Under the pieces are notes generated by a model. The model made no database searches. It saw nothing but the letters and a program-made list of their open reading frames with translations, and was not told the DNA's origin. Made by a program: the position numbers and the translations under genes. This document shows, one piece after another, positions 21,505 through 32,452 of a stretch of 64,000 bases of DNA. The stretch is from Macrostomum hystrix (taxonomy: Eukaryota; Animalia; Platyhelminthes). The stretch lies in contig CATNEN010000034.1 of NCBI GenBank assembly GCA_950097015.1, positions 3,162,001 to 3,226,000 on the forward strand. The letters are read 5' to 3'. Each line of letters begins with the position of its first letter. Positions within the stretch are counted from its first letter, which is position 1.

Positions 21505-21944
21505 GGCAGTGCTTATCCCCATGGTACAGTAGAGATATTTTTTGTCTTATTCCTATGGTACCATGGGAATAATTTCCTGCTTATCTTCACAGTGCACTGA
21601 TGAGATAACTGTCCTATGACTCCTATCTTCAACATATTCCATGGGAATAATTTCCTGCTTATCCACATGGCACACTGACAAGATAGCTGTCCTATCCTAT
21701 AACTGTCCTATGCCACTGTATTGGTTAACTAATTGCCATAAAATCAGAAAATTTTAATTTGTTTACTTTGCTTAAAAAAACTGGAATAAAAAAGGAAAAT
21801 TGCAGTCACAGTAAAAAGATAGATGATAGGACAGCTATCTCCTCAGTGTGCTGTGGTATGCAGATAAGCAGGAAATTATTCCCATGGTACCATAGGAATA
21901 AGACAAAAATTATTTCTACAGTAACCATGGGGATAAGCACTGCC
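21505..21944. mobile_element. MITE-like foldback element with ~120-bp inverted arms
   Basis: ggcagtgcttatccccatggt...gtcttattcctatggtaccatgggaataatttcctgcttatc at 21505 is mirrored at 21825-21944. Confidence 0.6.
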
Positions 21945-24260
21945 TTTTTTATAGCTGCAGAATTATTTATAAATTCTCTGTGGTAACTGGTAACATAGCT
22001 TTAGATCTATCATATTTACATAGCAGTTTAATTACTATTCTAGCCCTAGCCTTAGCCTCTAATTAATTATGGAGGTTTGGTAGGTCTCATTATAAAGTTT
22101 TAGAATAAAGTAACTGCTACCAAGTGCCTATAGGCCCTATAAGCATAAAAATATGCATTTCAGTTCATTATTATTATAAATGCATAGGCCTAACTTAGAC
22201 TAGGCCTAATTTAGTCAATCGAGCAGTGCAAGGCAGCAAGTGTCATGTAAGAGTAGCTAGGTAATTATAATACAATTGTATTAATAGACAGACGAATGAG
22301 AAAATATATGAAAGGCAAACGCGCTAACGGCTCTGCCACCGAACTAATTTTACTTATGCTGCACTTTATCAGAATTGATTTATTGTTTTTTATGGAATAT
22401 GACTGAAAAAACATTCAAATGCTATTCGTTTTGGACAGACATTTCTATAATTTTTATTATGTAAATACATTGGAGTACGACATAATCGCATAGGCCTAGA
22501 AATCGCGTCGTCATGGCATACAAAAATGGTCGCATCCCGACATTTTTGGCTTAATTTGGACTAACTTTAGCTTATAATATCTCTTGTCTAGCCTGGAAAA
22601 AAGCTTTATGGGCATTTTCTGATGTGAAACGATTATAATCTGATCACTCCCTTTTCACTCCATTATAAGAACAGAAAAACTAATTTTCTCCCTTATTTTA
22701 GCACGTCTAGGCCTGTGATTGTGTGCGCAAAGGTTATATACCTTGCGCAATCGTTTATTAATTTATTTTCACTGTTTCAGTTTCATCATTTTTGGGCGTG
22801 AAATCTGAGGCGTGAATTCAGTCTTCCGATAATAACGGTGCCACTCGGGTGCCGGCCACGTTCAAATTATCCCTCTAAACCATAAAAAATTCGCACTCGG
22901 AATGGGTTTTAAACTTGAAGTACGAGCACGAGAACACCGTGGGGAAACAAAATACTTCCCCAAACGAAGTATACAAAGTATAAAATACAAAGTATAAAAG
23001 TACAAAGTATACAAAGTATAACGAAGTATACGACGTATAACGTGCAACAGTACTTTTTATTTATCATCATTGTACAACATTCAACCGTGCCGAAAACGCC
23101 TATACATATGGAAAAATCCTATAGTCAAGCTGTGTAAATGATGGCAAATGAAAGAAAATTGTCGATCCATTTCAATAGACATTTGCCACCTATGCGTGGA
23201 GCCGCCCAGCTATAGTACGTAACCTTTGCCAAGAGCGCCCTCGTGTGGTACTGATCAGTAGTAGTAGGTTGCAATACAATGACAATCGTGGATGAAGTTG
23301 ACACGCCACTGTCGAGTGCGGAATCCATATAGCAGTGCCAAATAGCGACGCATGGACGAAGCCGGTTGGCATGGACAATGGCTGCGCAGATGAAGGCCAA
23401 CTTACGCGGCTGATCGGCATAAATTGCTCCATCATTCGCCGATAGCGTTGGCCATCCGACGGGCAGCCAAACCGATGCGATCCCATGAATAGCCCCTTCG
23501 TGTGATCAGGAATGTTTGGCGATCGTGTGAATAATCAGCTGTCTAGCCGGTCGTGCACTATTTCGTCAGTGGTCAGAAATCGACTGCATGGCGCTCATCG
23601 TCGCGCAGATGTTCTCTTGTTGCTGCCCAATTAACCCAATGCAAGCCTGCATATGTTAAGCGGGCAATTATAGCGAAAAATGCAGCAATTTTAACACTTC
23701 TTCATGCACGGTAAAGTAAAATTTTTGTGTACGGCAGACAAAAACAAAAACACAGCTGCAGCAACTGCTCACCATGATTGATTCGATTTGACAAATCTGC
23801 AGACCAACGACTGCAGTCTGGTGATAAGGACCGAGTGGAAGATCTGAACATGCGTTATCCAGATTGTTAGATATCCGCTGAGAGGGACGTTTATACTCCA
23901 ATCGAATCTTGCCACAAAATCGAATTGTGATGTCTTGCTACTGGCTAGATGCTTATAGGGATAATTCTTACTTGTAACTATGAAATGGCAGAATAAGCAG
24001 ACAGTCGCGGCGTCCATTATTGTTGCTGCAAGCCGATGACAAAAATTCTAGAAAATAAATATACGGGGCAGCGCAAGACCGCTGCTCCTTAAAACGCCCC
24101 CAGGCTGTACGCATGATTTTTCGCATAAAAACGACTTTTTTGTCTATGGAAAAATTTTATCTATTGAAATTATCTCTACAACCATTTTAATTCACGAGAT
24201 TGCGTACTTTTAGTAACTCTTGTCGTTTCATTAATCACATACGTGCGCATGCTTACAAAT

Positions 24261-24575
24261 TGTCGGAAATGCTTCCTCCAGAACTCCTTCTCGTCGTTTC
24301 CTTCGACTCTCCTCTTTTCTCTCTTGCTCACCAACTAGTTAATCAGTACGTTTCACTGCACTTTAATTGTTTCGCTTTCTATCGTCCTTTTAGCCCATAG
24401 ACTACGCATCCTGCCCGCCCCTTGTTACTCAATCGTTGTCTATGTTTCTAATGCCTTTCTCGGTACAGTTCCCCTTTAGTTGCTTCTAGTGCGCACTAAG
24501 CCCACAAGAGCTTCGAACCAAATACATTCGATATACAAGTCAATTACAAGCAAAGAAGTTTTGTCCCAAGCGACA
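24261..24575 (+). repeat. 5' LTR (TGTCG...CGACA)
   Basis: Direct repeat of 30655-30969; no mismatch seen by eye. Confidence 0.97.
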
Positions 24576-24578
24576 AAT

Positions 24579-24590
24579 TGGTAGCAGAGC
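24579..24590 (+). other. Primer-binding site, tRNA-iMet type
   Basis: TGGTAGCAGAGC 3 nt after the LTR; complementary to the ...GCUCUGCUACCA 3' end of animal initiator tRNA-Met. Confidence 0.8.
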
Positions 24591-24621
24591 GCACTAACGT
24601 ATCCACACAGCCAAGTCAAAA

Positions 24622-27600
24622 ATGAAGACGCGCAGCACCACTCGTGGAAAGCTCGGTCACAAATCTCAAAGCCGAGTAAGACCTACATACACTAACCTGA
24701 CTACCAGCGGCCTCGCCGCATCTGCCAGCGGCCTCGCAGCTCCTGCCAGCGGCCTCGCCGCACCTACAAGCGGCCTCGCCGCACCTACCAGCGGCCTCGC
24801 CGCACCTGCTAGCGGCCTCGCCGCACCTGCTAGCGGCCTCGCCGCACCTGCTAGCGGCCTCGCCGCACCTGCTAGCGGCCTCGCCGCACCTGCTAGCGGC
24901 CTCGCCGCACCTGCTAGCGGCCTCGCCGCACCCACCAGCGGCCTCGCCGCACCCACCAGCGGCCTCGCCGCACCTGCTAGCGGCCTCGCCGCACCTGCCA
25001 GCGCCCTCGCCTCACCCACCAGCGGCCTCGCCGCATCTGCCAGCGGCCTCGCCGCACCTACCAGCGGCCTCGCCGCACCCACCAGCGGCCTCGCCGCACC
25101 TGCCAGCGGCCTCGCCGCACCCACCAGCGGCCTCGCCGCACCCACCAGCGGCCTCGCCGCACCTGCCAGCGGCCTCGCCGCACCCACCAGCGGCCTCGCC
25201 GCACCCACCAGCGGCCTCGCCGCACCTGCCAGCGGCCTCGCCGCACCCACCAGCGGCCTCGCCGCACCTGCCAGTCCAGTCGGCTCTATCGCATTCGGTG
25301 TATCTAACCAACAGGACGCTGTACAACAACTTATTGGCGCAATGGCTCAGATGATGCAGCAGAACCAGCTGCTCGTACAACAGCTTCACATAAACCAGAC
25401 CACATCCCAGCCCGCCCCTCCGACGCCTCGACCGACGTCCCTCTTCGGCGACACCGTCCTCCGCAATGTTCAACTTCAAGGTTTCGACGGTGAAGACGCA
25501 GCTAGTTTCCCTGCATTTTGGAGTTCTTTCACTTACCGCATCGACAGCAGCAACTACACAGACGTTGATAAATTTGAAGCTCTTCGCGGGCTTCTCGCTG
25601 GCGCTGCCCTCCGGAAACTAGGTGGTCTGGACGCCTGTCAACCGGGGGCCTACAACCAAGCCTGCCAAATTCTCCAAGCTAATTATGGCGACCTGTGGGA
25701 GCAGAAGAGCACCTGCTTCAGGCGACTTCTCGCGTTGCCGCAGCTTTGCAACATCGACCACCAGAGCCTGGAGGAATTTTCGGACACACTTCGCCTCACA
25801 GTCGGCCAGCTAACCCGCCTCGGTGAAACCAGTGCTGCCCTGGATCCCTACGTGCATGCACTGTGGCCAAAGCTCCCACCGGCGCTCCAATCAGATATCC
25901 AGGATGTGCGTTGTAAGGCGTTGCAACCGCTAATTCCAACAATGCAAGAGCTCCAGGGACACCTCGACAACAAGCTTCGTGCCATCCGTGCCTCGCAAAC
26001 CAACTACGCAACAGCTGCTTTCGCCCCTTATGCCGGAGCTAGTCTAATCAACGCTGCCACAAACCGCTCCGTAACTTCATCCACTCCGAGTGCTGGTCAC
26101 GTGCACACACGTGCACATGCACCGATCTGCGTCTACTGCGAACGGCCAGGACACTCCAGTCAGACATGCGACGTAATTTCGAAGCCCGATGATCGGCTCC
26201 GCGTTATTCGAAGCAAGGCCCTGTGCCTCAACTGCCTGCGTAGCCATGCCACCTCAAACTGTAGCTCCCGGAACAGATGCCGCGAGTGTCGAGCATTGCA
26301 CCACACATCACTTCACGGAGCGCGTTTCAATCCACCACCGCATGTTCTTCACGTCGACTCAACAGCGAAAGCCAACAGCAACCTCGACTCGACGACCGCA
26401 TTGCCGACGGCATTCGCCAACTTAAAAGCCATGAACGATAACACCATCAATACCGTCTCCTGCATCTCCTCCACCTGCGACGAGTTGATAAGACCGTCCA
26501 TCATGGCCACATTCTCTGCCACTGCTGTAAACCCGACTAGCGGCGGAACTACGCGAGTGTCGGTCCTCATCGATGGCGGCTGCAGTTTCACGTACATAAA
26601 ACTCGATGTGGCTCGAAAACTCGGTCTTCGTTTACATCGCCGAATCTCGCTTGACAGCTCTTCATGTCACACCAACTCTCGACGCCGAGTGACCGCAGAC
26701 ATCGTCGAACTCGAACTCTCAACACCCGATGGCCGCCGTTTACCACTCCGAGTTCTGGCAACCGAGCACATCGCTCCACCAATCCACATACCAGCTGTCC
26801 AGCTACCAAGTGATATTCTGGCCACTCTGCAACACTTGCCCCATGGAATAGCCAATCTCCCACCTTCCCAAGACGGGGAACTTGAGTTAGATTTGCTCAT
26901 CGGTAACGACTATGCCCAGCGGTTAATAGGCCCGTGCGTTCCTGCAATCCCACTGCGGCCAAGTCTTACCGCGCACCTCACCCCGTTTGGTGCCGTCCTC
27001 ACAGGCTGCCTCGAAAATACCGACGATTGTAAATCCAGTGGGCTTCTCAACTCTAGTCAACTCATCGCCAACTCACTTCTGTCACAATCCCGTCCCGACA
27101 ACCTTGAATGTCTGGTCGACCGAATGACCAGCCTCGAGCTGCTCGGCATCGAAAGAGGGGCCGAACAACCCAATCCACGAGGCGACGTTTTGACGAAAGA
27201 CCTCCTGGACTCGGCCACACGTGGATCGGACGGTCGTTACTCGGTCGCATTACCCTTCAAGCCTGGAGCGGAGCAACTCCCATCAAACTTCGGACAAGCT
27301 TGGGGTCGCGCTCAGGCTACACACCGTCGTCTTTCACAGGCGGAGCGTCAAGAGTACTATGGAGAGTTTGAAAAGCACAAAGCAGAAGGGATCCTGGAAA
27401 TCGTCGATGACACTAGTCCAAAAGGAAAGATCATCCATGTCCTGCCGCACTTTCCCGTCATCAAGATGTCTTCAAACACCACAAAAGTACGACCAGTTGT
27501 AGACGCCTCAGCGCCAACATCTCTAGGGGGCGTCTCTCTCAACGACCTCATGGAGTCTGGGCCAAACTTGCTCACCAACCTCTTTAAGGTTCAGCTACGT

Positions 27601-30600
27601 CTCCGAACCTCAAAGTTTATCTGCCTCAGCGACATCCAGGCCGCCTTTTACCAAGTACTCGTGCACGAGCATTGTCGGGACGCCCAACGTGTTATCCTAC
27701 CCAAAAACATCGACCTGCCGCTTACACGTGACAATTTCCAAGTCTGGCGCTTCACCCGTATCGTCATGGGAGCCAGATCATCACCTTGGATCCTTGCCGC
27801 CGTCATTCGGAAACTCTGCCTGGATGCCATGGATTCCGGAAAATCAGGTCTTAGCTCTCGACAGCTTGAGCAGCTACCCTACAGCCTCTATGTCGACAAC
27901 TTGGTCCAGGGCTATGACGTTCAAGAAGAGGGCCCACGTATCGTTGCCGCAACCCGAGCTCTCTTCCAATCCGCTGGGTTTCACCTCCGCCAGTTTGCCG
28001 CCAGTGACCCAGGAGCGCTCTGCGACGTGCCCTGGGCAGATCAGATCCACGAACCAGTCGTCAAGAGCCTCGGAATCCTCTGGGACACACAGAGTGACCG
28101 ACTGAGCCTGGCCAGTCCACAGCTGAAATTGGACCCTAATCTCAACCGTGCCAGTCTTCTTAAGGGAATCTCTACGCCATACGACCCGTGCGGTTACGCA
28201 GCGCCCCTGCTTCTAGCTGGACGTCTTCTATATCACGAAAGCTTCGGTCCTATGGATGCATGGAACAAGCCTGCCTCAACCGATACTGTTGAGAGCTGGC
28301 GCAGACTCCTCAATGATTTCAACGAGATCTGCCGTATTACCGTTCCTCGTCGCTGCCTCGCAGACCAGGCACTACCCAGTAGGCTCGTGATCTTCAGCGA
28401 CGCCTCACCTCGAGCTTACGGGTACACAATTTACCTGCATCAGAATGGGAAGGACCTCACCAACTGCTGCCTCATCAACGCCAAGGCCCGCCTCGCTCCA
28501 TCTGGCCGCAAGAATGTACTCATCACGGTTCCTCGCCTTGAGCTCTGGGCCGCATTAATCGCCAACCGAGCCGCGATTTTCCTACGCGACTCCTTTAACC
28601 TAGGCAAGAGGCTCAGTGGCATAACCCACTTCATGGACAGTCAGATAGTCCTACATTGGATCCACAATGGGGCCAAGCTCCGTCCCTATGAGGCCCGTCG
28701 CGTTCAGGAGATCTTGGAGTCCAACCTGACTGACGACTACCGCTACGTCAACACCGCTGAGAACCCTGCCGATTGTTGCACAAGGCCACTTACACTCAGC
28801 CAACTTCTCAATTCAAATTTCTTCACCGGACCTCGATTCCTCCGACAGCCACATGGGGAGTGGCCATCTCAGACAACACCCACACCCACGAACTCCACGA
28901 TTCTCCAAGGCATCCCACCAGCCCAGAAAAAGACCAAGAAGACAAGCGCTTTCCTGTCTGCATCGAACAGATGCGTCCCCCCTGCAGACATGGACATCAA
29001 CCGCTTCGGCAAACTCAGTGCCCTTCTCGGAACTCTCGCATATGTTATCCGTTTCGTCAAGCGAAGAAACCGAGTCACCGCGCCAGATGCCTCGGAACGC
29101 CAGGCTGCTCTTCACTTGTGGATCAAATGGGTACAGAGAGAGCGCTACGCTGACGCAATCAATGCCACACAGGAAGGCAGACCCAAAAGCTGCAAGATAG
29201 TCGCGCAGCTTGACCTCTTCTTGGATGACGAAGGTCTGATCCGCCTCAATTCCCGTATGGCAAACGCAACCTTAGACGCAGACGCAATCTACCCAATGCT
29301 CCTTCCACCCGATCATCATCTCACTCACCTGCTCATACTCTACTTCCACAAACGAGATTGCCACAGCAGCGCCATATCTGTTCTACGGAGCCTTCGCGAC
29401 CGTTTCTGGATTGTCCGTGGTCTCTCCACTGTCCGCTCAAGCCTCCGCCAGTGTCTTCAATGCCGATTCACGAAGGGACGCACACTCCCTCCCCCACAGC
29501 ATGGCCAGCTACCACCAGAGCGCCTCAACTCATCAGGCCCGGCGTTCAGCTCTCTGCTCGTCGACCAGCTGGGCCCCGTCTTGACGACCGATACGAAGAC
29601 CCGCACTATCAACAAACGATGGGCAATGCTCCTCTGTTGCGCCTCAAGCCGCGCGGTCCATCTCGAGTACCTCCATGACTATTCTGCGGACTCAGTTCTC
29701 CATGCTTTCGAGCGATTCTGGGCCCGCCGGGGACTCACCGAAGCCAGCATCTTCCTAGACCAGGCAACCGCCTTCCAAGCGGCCGGCAAAATCATCGACT
29801 CTCTGCTAACACCAACGTTCCAGCACAAACTCCTAGCTGACCTCCAACCATTCGCCACTGCTAGACAACTCCACTTCAAATTCGCACCGGCACGCGCTCC
29901 GTGGCACCAAGGAGCCGTCGAGCGACTGGTTGGGATGGTCAAAGCCAGCCTTCGACCCGCACTTTGGCGCCGGCGGATCTCGGACGAAGAGTTCCTCACC
30001 CTGCTGACAAAGATCGAGGCTGTCTTGAACTCTCGCCCGCTGACATCTTTCTCGAATGACCCAAGCGATACGCGCCCCCTAACGCCAGCCGATCTCATCG
30101 CTCCTAGCGCTCGACTTGACTTGCCTGCAGCGCCTGAGCACCTTCTTCCATCTGCTGGGACCACGACCAGCAACCAACTACGAGCTCTCTATCGACGCCG
30201 CGAGCAAATCATTGACGCTTTCTGGGCGCGATGGAACCGCGACTACATTCAACAACTCCACTCGATCCACTTACAACACCGTAGACGACACGGCGAGCAC
30301 TCACACCAGCCCCTCGTTGGACAGCTCTACCTCCTCGCCGACCAGACTCCGCGGTCAAACTGGAAGACGTGCCGCGTCATCGAAGTCCATCCCGACAGTC
30401 AGGATATCACCCGTTATGTCACTGTCCGAACGAGCACCGGTCACGAGTCCCGCCGTGCCATCACGCATCTCGTCCCTCTCGAGGCCGACATTATCGATTT
30501 CCAAACCGCGGCCAACGCCGGCAGGACTCTAGTTCCACCCGTTTCTGGCAGCAAGGACGATCCGGTACAAACCAACCGCGCTCGACGGGCCATGCGACGA

Positions 30601-30636
30601 CAACTTCTACGTGACTCTCCTTTTAACATTGCGTAA
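24622..30636 (+). CDS. BEL/Pao Gag-Pol polyprotein (2004 aa)
   Basis: Triple Cys/His knuckle (CVYCERPGHSSQTC, CLNCLRSHATSNC, CRECRALHHTSLH); protease LIDGG; RT SDIQAAFYQV and YVDN; RNase H FSDAS, PRLEL, ENPAD; integrase VDQLGP, LDQATAF, PWHQGAVERLV. Confidence 0.97.
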   Translation: MKTRSTTRGKLGHKSQSRVRPTYTNLTTSGLAASASGLAAPASGLAAPTSGLAAPTSGLAAPASGLAAPASGLAAPASGLAAPASGLAAPASGLAAPASGLAAPTSGLAAPTSGLAAPASGLAAPASALASPTSGLAASASGLAAPTSGLAAPTSGLAAPASGLAAPTSGLAAPTSGLAAPASGLAAPTSGLAAPTSGLAAPASGLAAPTSGLAAPASPVGSIAFGVSNQQDAVQQLIGAMAQMMQQNQLLVQQLHINQTTSQPAPPTPRPTSLFGDTVLRNVQLQGFDGEDAASFPAFWSSFTYRIDSSNYTDVDKFEALRGLLAGAALRKLGGLDACQPGAYNQACQILQANYGDLWEQKSTCFRRLLALPQLCNIDHQSLEEFSDTLRLTVGQLTRLGETSAALDPYVHALWPKLPPALQSDIQDVRCKALQPLIPTMQELQGHLDNKLRAIRASQTNYATAAFAPYAGASLINAATNRSVTSSTPSAGHVHTRAHAPICVYCERPGHSSQTCDVISKPDDRLRVIRSKALCLNCLRSHATSNCSSRNRCRECRALHHTSLHGARFNPPPHVLHVDSTAKANSNLDSTTALPTAFANLKAMNDNTINTVSCISSTCDELIRPSIMATFSATAVNPTSGGTTRVSVLIDGGCSFTYIKLDVARKLGLRLHRRISLDSSSCHTNSRRRVTADIVELELSTPDGRRLPLRVLATEHIAPPIHIPAVQLPSDILATLQHLPHGIANLPPSQDGELELDLLIGNDYAQRLIGPCVPAIPLRPSLTAHLTPFGAVLTGCLENTDDCKSSGLLNSSQLIANSLLSQSRPDNLECLVDRMTSLELLGIERGAEQPNPRGDVLTKDLLDSATRGSDGRYSVALPFKPGAEQLPSNFGQAWGRAQATHRRLSQAERQEYYGEFEKHKAEGILEIVDDTSPKGKIIHVLPHFPVIKMSSNTTKVRPVVDASAPTSLGGVSLNDLMESGPNLLTNLFKVQLRLRTSKFICLSDIQAAFYQVLVHEHCRDAQRVILPKNIDLPLTRDNFQVWRFTRIVMGARSSPWILAAVIRKLCLDAMDSGKSGLSSRQLEQLPYSLYVDNLVQGYDVQEEGPRIVAATRALFQSAGFHLRQFAASDPGALCDVPWADQIHEPVVKSLGILWDTQSDRLSLASPQLKLDPNLNRASLLKGISTPYDPCGYAAPLLLAGRLLYHESFGPMDAWNKPASTDTVESWRRLLNDFNEICRITVPRRCLADQALPSRLVIFSDASPRAYGYTIYLHQNGKDLTNCCLINAKARLAPSGRKNVLITVPRLELWAALIANRAAIFLRDSFNLGKRLSGITHFMDSQIVLHWIHNGAKLRPYEARRVQEILESNLTDDYRYVNTAENPADCCTRPLTLSQLLNSNFFTGPRFLRQPHGEWPSQTTPTPTNSTILQGIPPAQKKTKKTSAFLSASNRCVPPADMDINRFGKLSALLGTLAYVIRFVKRRNRVTAPDASERQAALHLWIKWVQRERYADAINATQEGRPKSCKIVAQLDLFLDDEGLIRLNSRMANATLDADAIYPMLLPPDHHLTHLLILYFHKRDCHSSAISVLRSLRDRFWIVRGLSTVRSSLRQCLQCRFTKGRTLPPPQHGQLPPERLNSSGPAFSSLLVDQLGPVLTTDTKTRTINKRWAMLLCCASSRAVHLEYLHDYSADSVLHAFERFWARRGLTEASIFLDQATAFQAAGKIIDSLLTPTFQHKLLADLQPFATARQLHFKFAPARAPWHQGAVERLVGMVKASLRPALWRRRISDEEFLTLLTKIEAVLNSRPLTSFSNDPSDTRPLTPADLIAPSARLDLPAAPEHLLPSAGTTTSNQLRALYRRREQIIDAFWARWNRDYIQQLHSIHLQHRRRHGEHSHQPLVGQLYLLADQTPRSNWKTCRVIEVHPDSQDITRYVTVRTSTGHESRRAITHLVPLEADIIDFQTAANAGRTLVPPVSGSKDDPVQTNRARRAMRRQLLRDSPFNIA

Positions 30637-30654
30637 CTTCGCCCCCCCCCACCC

Positions 30655-30969
30655 TGTCGGAAATGCTTCCTCCAGAACTCCTTCTCGTCGTTTCCTTCGA
30701 CTCTCCTCTTTTCTCTCTTGCTCACCAACTAGTTAATCAGTACGTTTCACTGCACTTTAATTGTTTCGCTTTCTATCGTCCTTTTAGCCCATAGACTACG
30801 CATCCTGCCCGCCCCTTGTTACTCAATCGTTGTCTATGTTTCTAATGCCTTTCTCGGTACAGTTCCCCTTTAGTTGCTTCTAGTGCGCACTAAGCCCACA
30901 AGAGCTTCGAACCAAATACATTCGATATACAAGTCAATTACAAGCAAAGAAGTTTTGTCCCAAGCGACA
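30655..30969 (+). repeat. 3' LTR
   Basis: Matches the 5' LTR; followed by TSD CAAAT. Confidence 0.97.
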
Positions 30970-31399
30970 CAAATAATAGTGTGGCTTTTAACCATAGATA
31001 ACATAAGATGGCCACATAAATTGCGATTCTGATCGACCTTCGATTAGCCTACGCTCTTCTGGGCATGCGTGCGCAAGACTATATCGAAGAATATTCTGCC
31101 ACGTCAGCGCCAAAGCCTTTTCCATAGACAACAGTTTATGATTTTTAGAAATACAGTACGCAGTTCTTTTGGTCTTTGGAATATGGTAGTCGCCAATCGT
31201 AGTGATGATTCATACAGTTTTCACGGAGAAACATAAATATGTTGCATATATATATGATGGGGCCATAGACAATAAAGCAAATGACACGATGCATATTTTG
31301 TTCCTGTTTATAGTCTGGGCCTTAGAGTCTGGATTGGTGACACAATTCCAGAAAGTACACTGTCTGACGATGAGAAAGTTTATCTTTTTTTCTGAACTT

Positions 31400-31885
31400 T
31401 TGATTGTTCCTGAAGTTTAGATTATTTCCTGAAGTTTAGATTATTTCCTGAAGTTTAGATTATTTCCTGAAGTTTAGATTATTTCCTGAAGTTTAGATTA
31501 TTTCCTGAAGTTTAGATTATTTCCTGAAGTTTAGATTATTACCTGAAGTTTAGATTATTTCCTGAAGTTTAGATTATTTCCTGAAGTTTAGATTATTTCC
31601 TGAAGTTTAGATTATTTCCTGAAGTTTAGATTATTTCCTGAAGTTTAGATTATTTCCTGAAGTTTAGATTATTTCCTGAAGTTTAGATTATTTCCTGAAG
31701 TTAAGATTATTTCCTGAAGATTCGATTATTTCCTGAAGTTAAGATTATTACCTGAAATTTAGATTGTTCCTGAAGTTTAGAAACTCGTATTTCCTGAAGT
31801 TTAGATTGTTCCTGAAGTTTAGATTATTTCCTGAAGTTTAGATTGTTCCTGAAGTTTAGATTATTTCCTGAAGTTTAGATTGCTC
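31400..31885. repeat. 19-bp minisatellite (tttagattatttcctgaag), ~25 copies
   Basis: Direct periodicity. Confidence 0.95.
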
Positions 31886-32159
31886 CTAAAGTCTAAGCCT
31901 AGTCTTCTGCTTGGATTTCGTTAATGTTTTAAGTGACTCAATTCGCCCACCAAGTCACGGTTCTATGAAACTTTTAGCGAAGAAATAAAAAAAACTTTTG
32001 TTTTATTTTTTTCTTTTCAAAACTAACTTTTTTAATTTTAACAATTTTCGATGGAGGAGTGCTTTGAATTTTTATTTATTTTACTCCTAAAACAAACAAA
32101 AGATAAGAGTGCTACTACTCATTGCATTTCTATGAATTACACAATGTGTTTAATAATAA

Positions 32160-32390
32160 TAATGATTAATAATTGATTACACCTGCCCCAATTGGGTCAG
32201 ATGTGCAGCCGACAGCACAGCCGCAGCTAATGCGCGGCGCATCTGAAGGCTGCGTACAGCTGTTCAGTCCACGGACTGGGGGGACGCCACACCCACCTTC
32301 AATTATCCCAGCTGATGCTGGTACCCATTTAACAGCTGGGTGAACTGAAGCAATGCAGAGTTAAGTGTCTTGCTAAAGGACGCAAATGAA
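32160..32390 (-). mobile_element. SINE family B copy
   Basis: cagctgatgctggtacccatttaacagctgggt...gagttaagtgtcttgctaaagga (reverse complement of a CORE-like gcaagacacttaac); related to 19215-19415. Confidence 0.65.
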
Positions 32391-32452
32391 ATGTGTTTAA
32401 AAAAGGAAACAACAGACTAGATAATTGCTCGTATCGAATTATTAGTTTTTGT

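Larger units (their letters stand above)
24261..30969 (+). mobile_element. Full-length BEL/Pao LTR retrotransposon (6709 bp)
   Basis: Two 315-bp LTRs, 5-bp TSD CAAAT (24256-24260 and 30970-30974), PBS, single gag-pol ORF in the order PR-RT-RH-IN. Confidence 0.97.

Noticed and set aside
23125-24017. Short ORFs upstream of the BEL element
   Set aside because: No recognisable transposase or other motifs, and no consistent splice structure.
24666-30728. Many antisense or alternative-frame ORFs within the retrotransposon
   Set aside because: Shadows of a GC-rich long ORF and its 21-bp repeat; none resembles env or another known domain.
24140-31131. 14-bp inverted pair ttgtctatggaaaa / ttttccatagacaa flanking the BEL insertion (possible host MITE)
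   Set aside because: Too short, with no clear termini or TSD; cannot be supported without a genome-wide search.
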